From assembly GCA_963833425.1 (NCBI GenBank), contig CAWHXP010000002.1:32001-96000 (forward strand): a DNA stretch of 64,000 nt, read 5' to 3'. Both the position numbers and the translations under genes were made by a program. Source of the stretch: an uncultured Methanosarcinaceae archaeon. Lineage in GTDB: Archaea; Halobacteriota; Methanosarcinia; Methanosarcinales; Methanosarcinaceae. Positions 11,267 through 24,364 of the stretch are shown here, in pieces. Below the pieces are notes generated by a model. The model was not told where the DNA came from and ran no database searches. It saw only the letters and a program-made list of their open reading frames with translations. Numbering within the stretch: position 1 is the first letter of the stretch; each line of letters begins with the position of its first letter.

Positions 11267-12347
11267 ATTAATAAAAAAAGAAATATTTGAAATTGCAGAG
11301 TATGTTCCCGGAAAATCCATCGAAGATATAGCTTATGCTTACAAGCTTGATAAGGCTTCGATTATCAAGTTAGGTTCGAATGAAAATCCCCTGGGGCCCT
11401 CTTCAAAAGCTGTTCAGGCTCTAATAGATGCAGCTCCTTACGCAAATATTTATCCATCGGCAGACGCGCTTGAATTTAGAGAAGCTCTCTCGAAATATAC
11501 AGGCTTTCCAGTTTCTAACATCGTAGCATCAGGGCCTGGAATGGATGGGCTACTTGATGGACTTTCTAGGCTAATGATCGAAAAAGGAGATGAGGTTATA
11601 ATTCCTATTCCTACCTTTGCCTATTATGAACTGGCAGCTCGAGCATGCGGAGGGAAACCAATATTTGTCAGACGGAACGAAGACTTTTCTCTGGACCCTC
11701 AGAAAGTTCTGGAAGCCGAGTCTTCCAGGACAAAAATAATTTTCCTTTGTTCCCCTAATAATCCATCGGGTAATCTTCTTCCAGAATTTAGCCTTAGAAA
11801 GATACTTAATAATACCAGGGCCCTTGTGTTTGTTGACGAAGCTTATGTAGAGTTTGCAGACAGAAACCTTGTTGGTCTTGTGCAGGAGTATGATAATTTT
11901 GTTGTGGGTAGAACTTTTTCCAAGGTATTCGGTCTTGCAGGCCTGCGTCTTGGTTATGGAATTCTGCCAGAATGGTTGGCAAAAGTGTATATTAAGGCGG
12001 CAACTCCATTCTCAGTAAGCCTTCCGGCCTTAAAGGCCGGAATAGCCGCTCTTTTAGATGTCGAGCACGTAAGGAAGACCATAGAAATTACAAGGGGGGG
12101 CAGAGAATATCTTAAAGAAAAAATTCCTTTCAAGGTTTATCCTTCTCAGGCAAATTTCGTACTTGTAGATGTTGCTCCTTTAAAAGCAAAAGTAATTGCA
12201 GAAGCTCTAATGAAAAAAGGGATAATCGTGCGCCCCTGCGATTCTTTTAGAGATGCCGGGGAAACCTTTATCAGGTTAACAGTTGGCACCCCGGAACAGA
12301 ACAAAAAGGTTGTCAAGTCTTTTACAGCTATAAAAAAGGAGATTTAA
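11244..12347 (+). CDS. hisC: histidinol-phosphate aminotransferase
   Basis: [34 protein letters not shown]. Confidence 0.93.
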   Translation: MISLSRPELIKKEIFEIAEYVPGKSIEDIAYAYKLDKASIIKLGSNENPLGPSSKAVQALIDAAPYANIYPSADALEFREALSKYTGFPVSNIVASGPGMDGLLDGLSRLMIEKGDEVIIPIPTFAYYELAARACGGKPIFVRRNEDFSLDPQKVLEAESSRTKIIFLCSPNNPSGNLLPEFSLRKILNNTRALVFVDEAYVEFADRNLVGLVQEYDNFVVGRTFSKVFGLAGLRLGYGILPEWLAKVYIKAATPFSVSLPALKAGIAALLDVEHVRKTIEITRGGREYLKEKIPFKVYPSQANFVLVDVAPLKAKVIAEALMKKGIIVRPCDSFRDAGETFIRLTVGTPEQNKKVVKSFTAIKKEI

Positions 12348-12398
12348 AAACTTTTACATTTTCATTAACAAATATTTAATTCTTCCAAATTCTATTTT

Positions 12399-12767
12399 TC
12401 AACCACTTGATTCCTCTATTTCTTCAATTTTCATAAGCGGGTAATTGAGTTCTGTGTTAAATTCCATTCCAACTTTTGCCTTTACAGAACCGTATTTTAC
12501 AGTGATTTTTACTCTAAGCATTGGACCCTGAAGTTCAGAATAGCCAAATTTGTTCCTGAGTTTGCTTTTCAGCATTTCTCGGTCTATATTGACAGAAATT
12601 TCGTTTACATAAGGTTGAATGGAAATACTTTCCTGTATAGCATGCTCAAAATTAGAAACAGTATTTAAATTTATAGGCGAACCTATAAATTGATGGTAGA
12701 GAGCTCCAAGTTTTATCCCTGCTTCAAATAGTGCATTGTCCCTATCAGTTATCTTTTCTCGAATCAA
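12399..12767 (-). CDS. mptD: archaeal dihydroneopterin aldolase (MptD family)
   Basis: FEAGIKLGALYHQF, GYSEL, LNYPLM. Confidence 0.85.
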   Translation of the reverse strand: MIREKITDRDNALFEAGIKLGALYHQFIGSPINLNTVSNFEHAIQESISIQPYVNEISVNIDREMLKSKLRNKFGYSELQGPMLRVKITVKYGSVKAKVGMEFNTELNYPLMKIEEIEESSG

Positions 12768-12820
12768 GTAAATCTCTCCCTACTAGTATTTGTGAGTAAG
12801 CATGCCAAAATGGATCGGGT

Positions 12821-13561
12821 TTATTGCTTTTCATCTTTTTCTCCAGCTTCCAGTTTTTTATCTCGAGAATCTTTGCTATTAAGATTATTAAGCAGAGGAA
12901 TCCTAAAAAAGGGAGATGACAGATAAATTAGCATTAGTATAAAAGGCAAAACAGAAAAAATCCGCATATACTCTAACATATTAATAAAATAGAAAAATGT
13001 GATTAGCCCGAAAATGGAAGCTATAAAAGCTAGGATCTTTGTATTTCTGATCTTTGGGTAATTCACGCTACTTACCATAAGAATGGAAAGAGTAAGCGTA
13101 AGAGCAAGAAGGAAGTCTATCCTTACAAAATATTTGTCCAGCAAAAGATAGGCCACAAGCGTAACACAACCTGCGGGAATAGGGAGCCCTTCAAATCCAT
13201 TTTTCTGGGAATATATTGACGAATTAAAACGTGCGAGCCTTAGAACACCACATACCGTGTAAAAAGCCGAAAGTACCTCAACTATTGGATCTTCTCCTCC
13301 GAATCCTATGTATATCAGAAAAGCAGGAGCAACCCCAAATGAAACTGCATCAGCAAGAGTATCAAGATTTTTCCCAAGTTCACCTCCTTCGAACCGCCTA
13401 GCAATGTAGCCATCAGCTCCATCTGCAACTACTGCTAGTAGGAGTAAGATCAAAGCAAGATCAAAAGAGCCATTGTGGCTAACTGAAATAGCGCTAATTC
13501 CGCAGATAAGGTTCAAAAGGGAGACAAAGTCCGGGAGTCTTAATATTTTAAATATGTTCAT
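12821..13561 (-). CDS. pssA: archaetidylserine synthase
   Basis: CDP-alcohol phosphotransferase motif DGADGYIAR...G..LDTLAD, RLARF. Confidence 0.92.
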   Translation of the reverse strand: MNIFKILRLPDFVSLLNLICGISAISVSHNGSFDLALILLLLAVVADGADGYIARRFEGGELGKNLDTLADAVSFGVAPAFLIYIGFGGEDPIVEVLSAFYTVCGVLRLARFNSSIYSQKNGFEGLPIPAGCVTLVAYLLLDKYFVRIDFLLALTLTLSILMVSSVNYPKIRNTKILAFIASIFGLITFFYFINMLEYMRIFSVLPFILMLIYLSSPFFRIPLLNNLNSKDSRDKKLEAGEKDEKQ

Positions 13562-14186
13562 ATTCAAAGTCCCTATCATATTTTATTTTTGCTATAACTG
13601 TCTTGCCTGCCAGTACTCTCTCCCCTTTTCCTACTGTGATGTCGAAATCTTCCGGAATTGTTACGTCTACCCTTGATCCAAAACGAATCATTCCTATGCG
13701 TTGTCCCTGCTCGATGACATCGTTCACCCTTGAATATGAGACAATTCTGCGGGCGATTGCGCCAGCTATCTGTATAACGCTGACGTCTCCATATTTACTA
13801 TTGATAACGAACTCGTTTCTTTCGTTTCTTTCAGAGTCTTTACGGTATGCAGGAAGATATCCACCTTTTTTATAGGTTATTTCCTTGATTTTTCCGGAAA
13901 TTGGAGCTCTATTTACATGTACATTCTGGAAAAACATGAAAATACAGATTTTTCGGTCTCTGATGTCTATAACTGTACCATCTGCTGGTGAAATCATATA
14001 AGTGTCCGAAACTTCCACTTTTCTTTCTGGATCTCTGAAAAAAAGAACCACGAAGAAAGTTAATGCTATTCCTATGTAAACAGCATGATTGAGTGAAGAA
14101 CTGTTCATCATCCTGGAGAGGATTGCAAACAGTGAAGTTACCGATACCGCCGTAAAAATCCAAGGTTCTGAGCCCTTCGCAATCAT
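13548..14186 (-). CDS. psd: archaetidylserine decarboxylase proenzyme
   Basis: FFRDPER, SPADG, HVNRAP, FGSRVD self-cleavage site. Confidence 0.93.
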   Translation of the reverse strand: MIAKGSEPWIFTAVSVTSLFAILSRMMNSSSLNHAVYIGIALTFFVVLFFRDPERKVEVSDTYMISPADGTVIDIRDRKICIFMFFQNVHVNRAPISGKIKEITYKKGGYLPAYRKDSERNERNEFVINSKYGDVSVIQIAGAIARRIVSYSRVNDVIEQGQRIGMIRFGSRVDVTIPEDFDITVGKGERVLAGKTVIAKIKYDRDFEYEHI

Positions 14187-14190
14187 GAAT

Positions 14191-15060
14191 TCAGTCCTCC
14201 CCATGTAGCTTCACTAGGGATCTAAATTCTTCTGAAAGTATGACCCAAATGCCATCAATCATTTCCAGCAGTTCAGGCAGAATTTTGAGCACTACGTATG
14301 AAATTACAATAAGAGCAATTACTGAACCAGCCTTTGCAATATAATTATGCGCGATTATAAAGCTATTAGCACCAAACCATTGCTCTCCGTAAGCAACTAC
14401 CACAAAAATATCCCTGATAAGATTAAGTGCATAAATCACAGGTACGGATGCGATAAAGGCTGTAGCTAGGCGACTAAGGGGAGCTCTAACTGCGCCTATA
14501 AGTCCCATAAAAAGAGCAATGCTCTCAATTGCTGTACAGGCAAGAATGATCTCTACTGTATGGCCATTAAGGGTTATCATATTCCAGGTTTCCATGTAAG
14601 CAGGAATATCGAAATATTGGAGAATCCAGACTATTTGAGAGGTAACTCCCCCTATAATCCAGATATTTAGGTAAGGAAAATTCGCAAATGGAAAGTAAAA
14701 GAGAGCTCCGAGTGCACAAGCACTTGTGAGCATCGAAGTTACATTTAGAAAATCCACTCTATCCCGTGTTGAAAATTTCGAGTGCAGGATCTCTCCATTA
14801 TTTAGTAGACTGATGGGGCCTTCTCTGTACTCGTGAAACATAATAAATGCCACAAATATACAAAATAAAGTAACAACTGCTGACAGGAGCATATTTACAT
14901 AGTCCATGACCTTGAGGTAATAGAAAGGCTGATAACTCCAATAAACGGAAAATGTACACCATCCTATCCCTCCGAAAATTTTACGAATCCTTGATGTTCT
15001 AGGGAAGGCAGATGAAGTGACCATTAACCCTACTGCGAGCCATAGTGTATTCTCTATCAT
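14191..15060 (-). CDS. artA: archaeosortase A
   Basis: IILACTAIES (catalytic Cys), LNLIR, AHNYIAK; multi-TM. Confidence 0.92.
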   Translation of the reverse strand: MIENTLWLAVGLMVTSSAFPRTSRIRKIFGGIGWCTFSVYWSYQPFYYLKVMDYVNMLLSAVVTLFCIFVAFIMFHEYREGPISLLNNGEILHSKFSTRDRVDFLNVTSMLTSACALGALFYFPFANFPYLNIWIIGGVTSQIVWILQYFDIPAYMETWNMITLNGHTVEIILACTAIESIALFMGLIGAVRAPLSRLATAFIASVPVIYALNLIRDIFVVVAYGEQWFGANSFIIAHNYIAKAGSVIALIVISYVVLKILPELLEMIDGIWVILSEEFRSLVKLHGED

Positions 15061-15559
15061 TTTTACGCACCTTTTTGGCCAAGATAAATACAAATTATAT
15101 ATTCTCTTTCCTTATTTTGATTCCTGAGAAAATTTCGGGCAATTGAAGTTTCTTAAAGTAGCATATGAAATTCTCTAAAATAATTAATAGATTTCCATTA
15201 GATACTTCTAACAGTTTCAATATATGAGAGTTTTATACTATTTGGTGAGCTTTGATTCATTGCAGTCAATTACTATTGGAATTAATTGTAATTTTTTAGA
15301 TCCTAGGAAATATTCAAAATTTCCAATATATTCATTTACGTAATATTAAAGTGATTCATAGATTCTGGATTTTATTTTTTCACATAATGAAATTTTACCT
15401 CCGTAGATATGAAGCTCAAATGAATATTGTAGATAAGATAAAGAATTTCTATTATACAAAAATAGCGTTACAAAAGTATACTTATTTATATAAAACTAGC
15501 GGAATGAAACAATAATGGGAATAGAGCAAAAGGAATTGTAACTATTTAGATTATCTTTT

Positions 15560-16660
15560 ATCGTTGCTACCTTGAGCACCGGTGAAATTAACCTCTATAA
15601 CCGCTCCCGACTCTTTCGGATTATAGTAAATATAGGCTCTACTCTGCAGCAAGCTGTAGCTCATTGTATACTTCTAAAAGTTCCGGACATTTTTGTATCG
15701 TACAAGCTTATCAAATATATTTTTTTGCCTATATTTGTGGAATTGAACATCATTTTCCTTGTTTTTGAAGTTTTGAAGAAGGCGGACTTCCTTCACTTCC
15801 TTTCAAGACTAAGGTGCCGAATCTTATTTTCAACGCTTTAATCTGCTCAAAATTCAAATCTTGAATTTGCCCTTTGTATTCATCCGTATGTTTTTTATTT
15901 CTGTTTAAAGCTTATTCATATCTTCGGATCATTGCTCTATATAATTCTCTTTAACGAAGTTAAGTTATTTATAGAGATTGGCATTGCAAAGATAATTAGC
16001 AAATTCGTAACTTTTTTAGGATTTTTATCTATTCTAAACTGTTATTCTTTCAAATTTCAAAAGAATTCGCATACTTCTATTACTTAAGATCCCCTGTTTG
16101 GATGAAAAATATATCAAGTATGTTTGTCATTTGAAGTAAAATGCCCAATGGCCCCTTTCTTGATTTTCGTTCCTATTTCATCACAATTGATGACAGGATA
16201 GTTATTAACTTATCCCTAATCAAATTTTCAAAATTCTCCAAATTTCGGAAACATTCTTTTTTCGTTTTATTTATGATAGCAGAACAGATTTTCATTCCAT
16301 AATACTGGTAAAAACTCTGAAATACTTTCATAGAGGATAAGCGGGTAGTTTTATACATAGACTTGTGAAGCTCGTCAAACTTCTCAGGAATAGTTGGTGT
16401 GGAACCACATTGAAATCTTAATATTTTAAAACTTTTTTGTGGAAATTTGTATAATTTGGTTTCTCTTTAATAAAAAAATTAGTGGAAGGGGGTTTGGTAA
16501 TGTCAAGACTGTTTTGATTCAAGCGAACTTTTAATAAAATTTGTCTTCCGGTGAGTTCTTTGATTTGGGACTCAAAGTCTCTTGATAAAAGCAATAACTT
16601 TAAAGTTTGAAGCACTAGGAGCAAAAAATCTATTCATGTTTTATCCACGATAAAAATAAT
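15560..16660 (-). pseudogene. IS66-family transposase relic
   Basis: LNQNSLDITKPPST N-terminus, INCDEIG, HPNRG and LCNA segments in broken frames; boundaries approximate. Confidence 0.75.
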
Positions 16661-16965
16661 TCATATTATATTCAATTATTCCTCGTTCCGATGAAAAATA
16701 ATGGATTCGCTCTCAAGGCCCCATTAGTAGTTACAAAAAGCTCTTAAATTTAATGAACAAGAATCATTTAATGAAGTTCACTAAATAGAAAACTATTCTG
16801 CTTGATAGGACTTCTATTCTGAGTGTCAAATATTGATACAATTATTCCGATCGAATTGAATATAAATGCAATGAAATGAACTTTTTAGAACATGCTCAAA
16901 AAAATGTGTAAGGATAATTGAAATAGGATGACGCGTTTCTACGTTATACACAATAATAATAAATT

Positions 16966-17063
16966 GAGGATTCCTATGAACCCAAATTTATTCATATGCA
17001 TATAAGCGGTATATATGCGGTATATAAATGACTCGTTAAAATCAGAAATTTATCTAAATCCTT
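16966..17063. mobile_element. MITE copy (degenerate)
   Basis: GAGGATT...ATTTATCTAAATCCTT; core GGTATATAAATGACTCG shared with the 54209 copy. Confidence 0.7.
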
Positions 17064-17158
17064 AATTATTTAATCTGGCGTTTCTGCTGGTAAAAGCTGA
17101 TTCAGAAAGTAATTAGTCTGCGAAAAGGAATCCAAAAAGGTAAATTACGAGGCATTTT

Positions 17159-17594
17159 ATGTTACCACAAACCCCTAGTTTAACTGTTGATGCCATAATC
17201 CTCTTAGAAAACAGGGTTGTTCTTGTGAAGAGGAAGAATTATCCTTTCCAGGGAAATTTTGCTCTTCCTGGGGGCTTCGTCACAATAGGGGAAAGTACTG
17301 AGAAAGCAGTTATAAGAGAATCTTTTGAAGAGACATAGCCTTCTTGTAGAGATTATAAAATTGGTTGGGGTCTATTCCGATCCTCAACGTGATCCCAGAG
17401 GACATATAGTTTCAGTATGTTACCTTACAAAGGGATCAGGAAGGCTAAGATCAAGTTCCGATGCTTCTTCTGTCGAACTTTTTGAGCTTGAGTCGGTTCC
17501 TGAACTGGCTTTTGACCATAATAAAATGATAAATGATGCAAAAAGTGATATCAATGCAGTTCTGTACCAAATGCAAAAGCATGATGTTTCCTAA
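17159..17594 (+). CDS. NUDIX hydrolase, +1 frameshift near 17337
   Basis: ALPGGFVTIGESTEKAVIRESFEET Nudix box continues in another frame as GVYSDPQRDPRGH. Confidence 0.85.
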
Positions 17595-17868
17595 AGATGG
17601 TAATTATCTGTGCAAAAAATGCGGGAATATAATACCGATTGAGAATAATGCACAGAATTTTGTTTCAAAAGCCATGATCGAAGATCGTGAAGTAGTGGTT
17701 CTTGAAGGTGAACAGATTTCAGGTTTGCCAACAACAAGTGCAAAATGCCCAGAGTGTGGAAATAACACTGCTTCCTGGTGGCTCAGGCAGCTTAGGTCTG
17801 CAGACGAATCGGAAACCCGTTTCTTCAAGTGTACAAAATGCAGGTTCACATGGAGAGAATACGACTGA
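17554..17868 (+). CDS. tfs: transcription factor S
   Basis: Two Zn ribbons and QLRSADESETRF. Confidence 0.95.
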   Translation: MQFCTKCKSMMFPKDGNYLCKKCGNIIPIENNAQNFVSKAMIEDREVVVLEGEQISGLPTTSAKCPECGNNTASWWLRQLRSADESETRFFKCTKCRFTWREYD

Positions 17869-18190
17869 GAATCAGATGTTTTTCTACACGAATTTTAAAA
17901 GTATTTACAGAAAAATAATGCATATTATCAGAAAAGTGAATTCTCAGATGTGAGATAAGAGCTATTTTCTGCTCAAGGCAGATCCTGAAGCCTTCTTGTA
18001 TTCTGACCAAGATTTATATAGTTACCAAGAGTTTGGATTAATGATTTTCCAGATTTCAGATAGCTACTAAACTTTTTTTGGAAGTTTTTCCCTTCGGAAA
18101 AACTGAAAACTTCCAAATCTGTAAAGAAATATATATATCGCAAGGGTAATAAAGAGTTTGAGATTTAAATTTATTTAGCGGAGAAGAATT

Positions 18191-18929
18191 ATGTTCAAGG
18201 CAGCAATTAATGCAGAGCTTCTGAAAGACGCAATTGCCGCACTGGCTGTAATTGTAGATGAGGTTAGATTTAAAATAAAACCGGAAGGCATTTCGGTAAA
18301 AGCTGTTGATCCTGCCAACGTTGCAATGGGGATTTTTGAGCTTGGATCATCAGCTTTCGACGAATATAGCGCTGATGAGTGTGAAATCGGAATTGACCTG
18401 AACAAGATTACGGATCTGCTAGGGATTACGGATAAGAGCGACACAATTAGGATGGAACTCGAAGAGGGAAATCATAAGCTTCGGATTAATGTTGGAGGGC
18501 TGTCTTATACCCTTTCTCTTCTCGATCCCTCTACAATTCGTGCAGAACCAAGAGTTCCTCAGCTTGAGTTACCTGTAAAAGTTGTTCTGAACGGTGCAGA
18601 TCTCAGGCGTGCGGTGAAAGCCGCAGAAAAAATAAGCGACCATATGCTCATGGGAGTTTCTGGTGATACTTTTTATATGGAAGCAAGAGGTGATACTGAT
18701 CAAGTTCGCTTGGAGATGGGTAGAGATCAGTTAATTGACTTGAAGGCAGGTGAAGTCTGTTCTCTCTTTTCCCTGGACTATCTGACAGATATAGTCAAAC
18801 CCACAAACAAAGTCAATGAGGTTACCCTCTCTCTTGGAAAAGATTTTCCTGATCCTTATAGATTTTGAAATTGCAAATGGCGCAGGAAAAATTTCTTACT
18901 TCCTGGCTCCAAGAATCGAATCGGATTAA
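18191..18929 (+). CDS. pcn: PCNA sliding clamp, +1 frameshift near 18850
   Basis: AVDPANVAM, FSLDYL; C-terminus FLAPRIESD* lies in a shifted frame. Confidence 0.95.
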
Positions 18930-18933
18930 TATC

Positions 18934-19982
18934 ATGCAGGCAGATAAATTTGCATATTATCCGTTTATTTCAGAAGCATCTACCCATGTTGAAAATCTAG
19001 GAATTTCTTTGGATAGTTTGCTTAATTCCCGTGCTTTCCGGACCGCAAGGGTCCGGGGAATTGAAAGAGTTAAAGAGTCTCTTGATGGGGAAATCAGTAA
19101 ATTTCATTTATCTGGGGAGGTTCAAGTTCTCTCTGAACTCCTTTCGTATCCTATCGCCAGGATGGTGGTTGCATGCGTGAATGATCAACTCTTCACCCGT
19201 CGCTATGCTTTGGCGGAAGCTAAAGCTGCCTATAATATTCTCAAAAATGAAAATCCGACTTTTCTACTTGAGTTCGGAGAAGATTTTAGAATTTCAGTAG
19301 AATTCAAGGATACTTATTTCATCATGCATTTTACGGATTATATTCACTTATTCAAATTCCCTTAAGGATCCTGCCTGGAAACTTACAAATCGCAATTTCA
19401 GAGCTGGAAAAGTAAGTATTACCAAAGAAGAATTTGCAAGGCTCCTTGAAGAAGCAATAAGAGAGCGGATTGAACATTTATTACCTATTCCTGAGATCCC
19501 TGAAGAAGTTTCTAATTTCTGTGCCCCGTATATTGCCGAGATAAAGGATCAGTTCGAGATCCAAAAGAAAAAATTTTGGGCAACGGATTTTGGGATTGTT
19601 GAGCCAGAGCTTTTTCCCCCATGTATTTTCCATGCCACTTGCAAACGTAAAGGGCGGGGTGAATCTTGCACATTCGATGCGTTTTGCCATGACATCTTTC
19701 CTGCTTAGCGTTGGAATGTCAGTAGATGAAATTCTCAACCTTTTCAACGTCTCTCCTGATTTTGGCGCCGAAAAAACCCTTTACCAGATAGAGCACATTT
19801 CAGGCTCTACAGGAAATAAATATAAGCCACCTGCCTGCGATACCATGAGGACCTATGGCAATTGTATTGGGAAAGATAGATTATGTGAAAAAATCAAACA
19901 TCCTCTGAGTTATTACGAAAAGAGGATATATTTGAAAAATAAGGAAAAAGAAAATGTGACTGAAAAAGAACAAGGTAAGTGA
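18934..19982 (+). CDS. priL: DNA primase large subunit, two +1 frameshifts (~19350, ~19637)
   Basis: YPF, LLSYPIAR, FPPC, HSMRF, YQIEHI, YKPPACDTMRTYGNC. Confidence 0.92.
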
Positions 19983-20259
19983 CGTTATATCGTCAAATTA
20001 AACTTATTTTTGCAGGTGTCACAATCAATTTTCACTTAAATGGAAACTGTTTTGATAATTTTTACTTTAATATCTTTCGTTTATGGTATCGACTTCAGTT
20101 GAAATTTGTACAAAAAAATGACAGATTTCAAAAATGAAGCTCATGCCATTTTATTCGTCTCAAATGCTACATTTAAGTGATGTATTGATGATATTTTTTG
20201 CAGAAACTGTATAGTAATTGAATCAGAAATCTCTCCCTAGAAGACCGTTGACCAAATGT

Positions 20260-20680
20260 GAGGGGGGAAATTGCTCAGGATGGTTTGAATGTATACCAAT
20301 ATGTGGATAAATTCTACAATGGAGAATCACAAAAAAATTGTCAAAGGTAGCAAGTTGGATTCTAAAGCAGATTACTCAGACAGCAGCAAGAAAAAAATCG
20401 CAAATTAAAAGATTTTTTTAACCTGAAGAAGAAATCAATAGAACATATAAAGTCAGTTATTGACTTGGCAAGTAAAATTGCTACAACAATATGGCATCTC
20501 ATTACAAATTATGAGATATACAAAGATGAAAGAGGTATAAAAACGAAAAATTTAAGAAAAAAATGGTGAGACTGAGATATTTGTTGATAAATGTATGAAA
20601 ATAATTGGTTAAGTAATAGCAACTATGGGAAAAGAGGACTGGGAAGTACATAAGAAGATAGTCTCAGGTACTTCATGATA
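20260..20680 (+). pseudogene. IS110-family transposase C-terminal relic
   Basis: NVYQYVDK..., SKVASWIL.QITQTAAR, LASKIATTIWHLITN segments. Confidence 0.7.
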
Positions 20681-21097
20681 AAATTGAAGACTTGAGTATT
20701 TATTGTAGTTTGAAAAATAGAAAGAAGTATACTCAAATTTATCTTAAAATTATAAAATTCCGGAAAAGTAAGTAAAGTTTATCTTGAAGAAGTCATTATG
20801 ACTTTTAATCGGTAAAAATTCCATAATCAGAGACTTTTTATTATCTCTTCTGGGTTTTTTGATATATTGCAGTCTCAGAACGCAGTAAATAACAATGAAT
20901 TTTTGCGATCCTGAGGATGTTAAAAAGTCTATGGATTAAGTTGTATGTATAATATTTTTTATTATTAATTCTTGAGGAAAAATTGTAAACGAATAAAAAT
21001 AGTCATTTGGAACTATAACAAATTGAAAATACTGTATATAGGATAACTATAAATATCAAAACAAATTTGAGATTACAGTATTATAAAATAAAACGAG

Positions 21098-23563
21098 ATG
21101 GTTGCAATGAATAAAGGCATAAAATATTCGGTTGCAGAAGGATACCACAATGGTTTAAAACTTAGAATAATTACTCTTACAGCAGCTGTCTTAGTTGCTT
21201 TTTTCATGCGCATGCTCTCTTATGCCTCAATTACTGCAAACGGAGGTATAACTTTCAGCGGATATGATCAATTTTATCATATGCGACGCATTCTTTATAC
21301 AGCATACAATTTCCCACATACTCTTAATTTTGATTCTTACCTCAATTATCCTTACGGTTTTGAAATAGGGTGGCCGCCTTTTTTTGATCTGTTAGGTGCT
21401 CTGCTTGCAAAAATCCTGGGAGGAGGTCAGCCAGATTTGCATACTATCGAATTTGCAGGAGCATTATTACCTGTACTTCTTGGGGTATTGACTATAATTC
21501 CACTTTATATAGTAGCTGCTACAATTTTTGACAGAAAAACAGGACTTCTTGCAGCTTTCATTTTTGCATTTATGCCCGCTCATATATATGCATCCAAGTT
21601 TGGGAATGTTAGCCATCATGTAGCAGAAACATTTCTCACAACTGCAGCATATGCATTACTAATACTTGCCTTAAAATGGGCAAGGGAAGGATCTTTTTCC
21701 CCGAGCTCTTTTAAAGATATGTATTCAGAAAAGACAACTGATGAAATCACTGGCTTTTGCAGGGGCATCGGGGATATTCTTATCTCTGTTTATTTTTACA
21801 TGGTTGGGAGCCTTGTTTTTTGTAAGCTTGATAGTATTGTATGCAGTTATACAATCTACTATCGACCTTAAAGCAGGAAAAAGATCTGATTACATTTTCA
21901 TCTGCTTAATAGCAAATCTTTTTGCAACACTTTTATTTACTGTTCCGTTATCAGCGGGATATGCACGATCGGGTTTGGAAATGAGTGCGGTGTATTTTTC
22001 CTGGTTTCAGGTACTCTATGTACTCAGCATGATAGCAGCCACTACTTTTTTATGGGGCTTTTCCATATATATCTCAAAAAAAGGTATGGACTGGAAGTAT
22101 TATCCTAGCATTTTAATACTGATTTTAAGTGCAAGTTTTTTACTTCTCCGCTTTTTTTCAGCTGGAACCTACGCTTTTGTGATAGAAGGAATAAGTTTTT
22201 TCTCGGGAAAAGGTGAATACTTAGGTACTATTTCCGAAGCAATTCCTTTGTTTTTAAATTCAACAGGAAACTTCACCATTACGCAAGCATTAGGAAATTT
22301 CGGACTTTGCTTGCTTGTTGCTCTGGCAGCTTTTTTCCTGTTAGTCCTTGAGTGGAAAAGGGATAAATCAAAACCAGAAAGGGTTTTTTTCCTATTATGG
22401 ACAATCTTTTCAGCATATATCACATTCTCACAAAGACGTTTTTCATATCAGCTCGCAGTAAATATTGCAATCCTTACTTCATATATACTATGGGTTCTGT
22501 TTGAATCCCTAAACTTTGAAACTGAAGTAAACAAAATGGTAATATCTGGACTGAAAAATGGGAACAAAATCTCACTTGACTCTCAAACCGGAAAAAAAGT
22601 AAATGTGAACACAATACCAAGACTTAAAAAAAGGGATTTTTCAGAGCCAAAGAATAAGCAGAGACCCGATTACTTCAAAGTTTTTTCAGCATTGGCGTTG
22701 ATAGGACTCGTTTTTATACCCTGCATATGGATGGGAGTTGCTCTTGCAAAAAGTTCAGACTGGGTTGGTCCAGGTCCAGAATGGCAAAAATCACTCATTT
22801 GGCTCAAAAATTCCAGCCCTGAGACTTCTTATTATCTTCAACCTTCCCAAATTCCAGAATATGGAGTACTGAGCTGGTGGGATTATGGTAACTGGATAGT
22901 ATACCTCTCCAAGAGGCCTGCAATATCTAACAATTTCCAGACCGGTGTTAAAGATTCTGCATATTTCTTTATGTCTGAGTCTGAACAGGAAGCAAAGGCA
23001 ATAATGGACAAACTCAAGGTAAAATATGTGATCACTGATACACCGATGTTAAATGAGAAGTTTGGGGCTATTGCTCATTTCGCAGGAAAGGATTCGAAGG
23101 ATTATTTTAAACAAGTTAACCGTACTTCTGTGATTGCTAAAGAGAAACTTTTTAATACTGAGATATTTAAGCTTCACGACCGTAATGGGGCAAATCTTGG
23201 AAATCTACGGCTCGTACACGAAAGCAATCTCTCGAATGCAGGCCCATAACAAAAGTAATATTGTAAAAATATTTGAATATGTTCCAGGGGCCAAGATTAC
23301 AGGTACTTCAAACCCTAACAAACTTGTCAATGTAACACTTTATCTCAAATCAAACACAGGCAGAGAATTCAAGTATGAAAATAAAGCAGTGGCAGATACG
23401 AACGGTTCATTTGAAATAACTCGTACCCTATTCTACAGAAAAAACTGACAGCGGAATCAATGCTATATCGGCTTATAATCTGAGTGCAGGAGGAAACATT
23501 GCCGGACAAGCAATTTATATAAAAGAAAGTGACGTTCTAAATGGAAATAGAATACAAATATAA
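21098..23563 (+). CDS. aglB: oligosaccharyltransferase AglB (STT3), several frameshifts
   Basis: GYDQFYH, HHVAE, TISE, SWWDYGNWI, NNFQ, VKIFEYVPGA. Confidence 0.9.
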
Positions 23564-23682
23564 TTTCTACAACGAAATAAAAATTTCCTTTGAGGGTTTT
23601 CAAAATTAATTTTTTAAATATTCTCATTTTATAAGTTTTTTGGAGACATTATTCTCTTTTATTTGTTAGTACATAAGATATA

Positions 23683-23770
23683 GAAGATCTCGATAAATCC
23701 TTAAACTTAATCATATGCTTATGTATGCAATATAAATTACTCGTGAAATAAGCTGTTTATCGAAAATCTC
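23683..23770. mobile_element. MITE copy
   Basis: Shares CATATGCTTAT...TATAAATTACTCGTGAAA core and TIRs with the 7160 copy. Confidence 0.8.
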
Positions 23771-24364
23771 TTTGATTTTAAACATTCTAATCTGAAAATA
23801 TCTCTCTTTCCATAATATCTAATAGACTGAAAGTCCAAAGTAATGTCTTGAACCTAGTTTTGAGATCCACTATTTAAAGGTCTTCACAATTTATTTTTGA
23901 AATGAAGATTTAAATCTAAGAGTTTATTTTATAAATATTTCTTACTGTAGTACTCCTTATAACCTGCATAATTCTAAAAAAATATTTTGTTCCTTCGATA
24001 TTTGATGTTATAAACAGACTGATTTGCATACCGTAGTTCTATTTTTATGGTAAAAAGTTAACTTAAAATATAACTCAATTAATTAATAAGGTTCTCTGGT
24101 ATTTTCTATCTTCACTGCAAGCTGTGGGGTAGTAAATCAGAATAATTCAAATGCAACAATTAGTAAGAAATGTTTTGACAAGAGTACCAGAAGAAAAAAA
24201 ATAAGATGTAAATCTGAATCCTCTATATTTATTAAATATCAATGTTTTTGGTTTTAGGTATCTGAAAAGATTTTTTTAAACGATAAATCTGACATTCTTT
24301 GGATGCGCACATGTGTAAAATGTCGGATATGGCAATGAATATCAAAAAATCATTTAGTGTAGGA

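Noticed and set aside
17337..17339. TAG in NUDIX as a pyrrolysine codon
   Set aside because: Homology continues in a different frame, so this is a +1 frameshift, not in-frame amber
18840..19640. Programmed frameshifting or a PCNA-PriL fusion (ORF 18865)
   Set aside because: No slippery sites; the same +1 pattern occurs in unrelated genes; PriL has its own ATG at 18934
17159..19982. NUDIX-tfs-pcn-priL cluster as a new system
   Set aside because: Linkage of pcn with tfs, a NUDIX gene and primase genes is a known conserved archaeal neighbourhood
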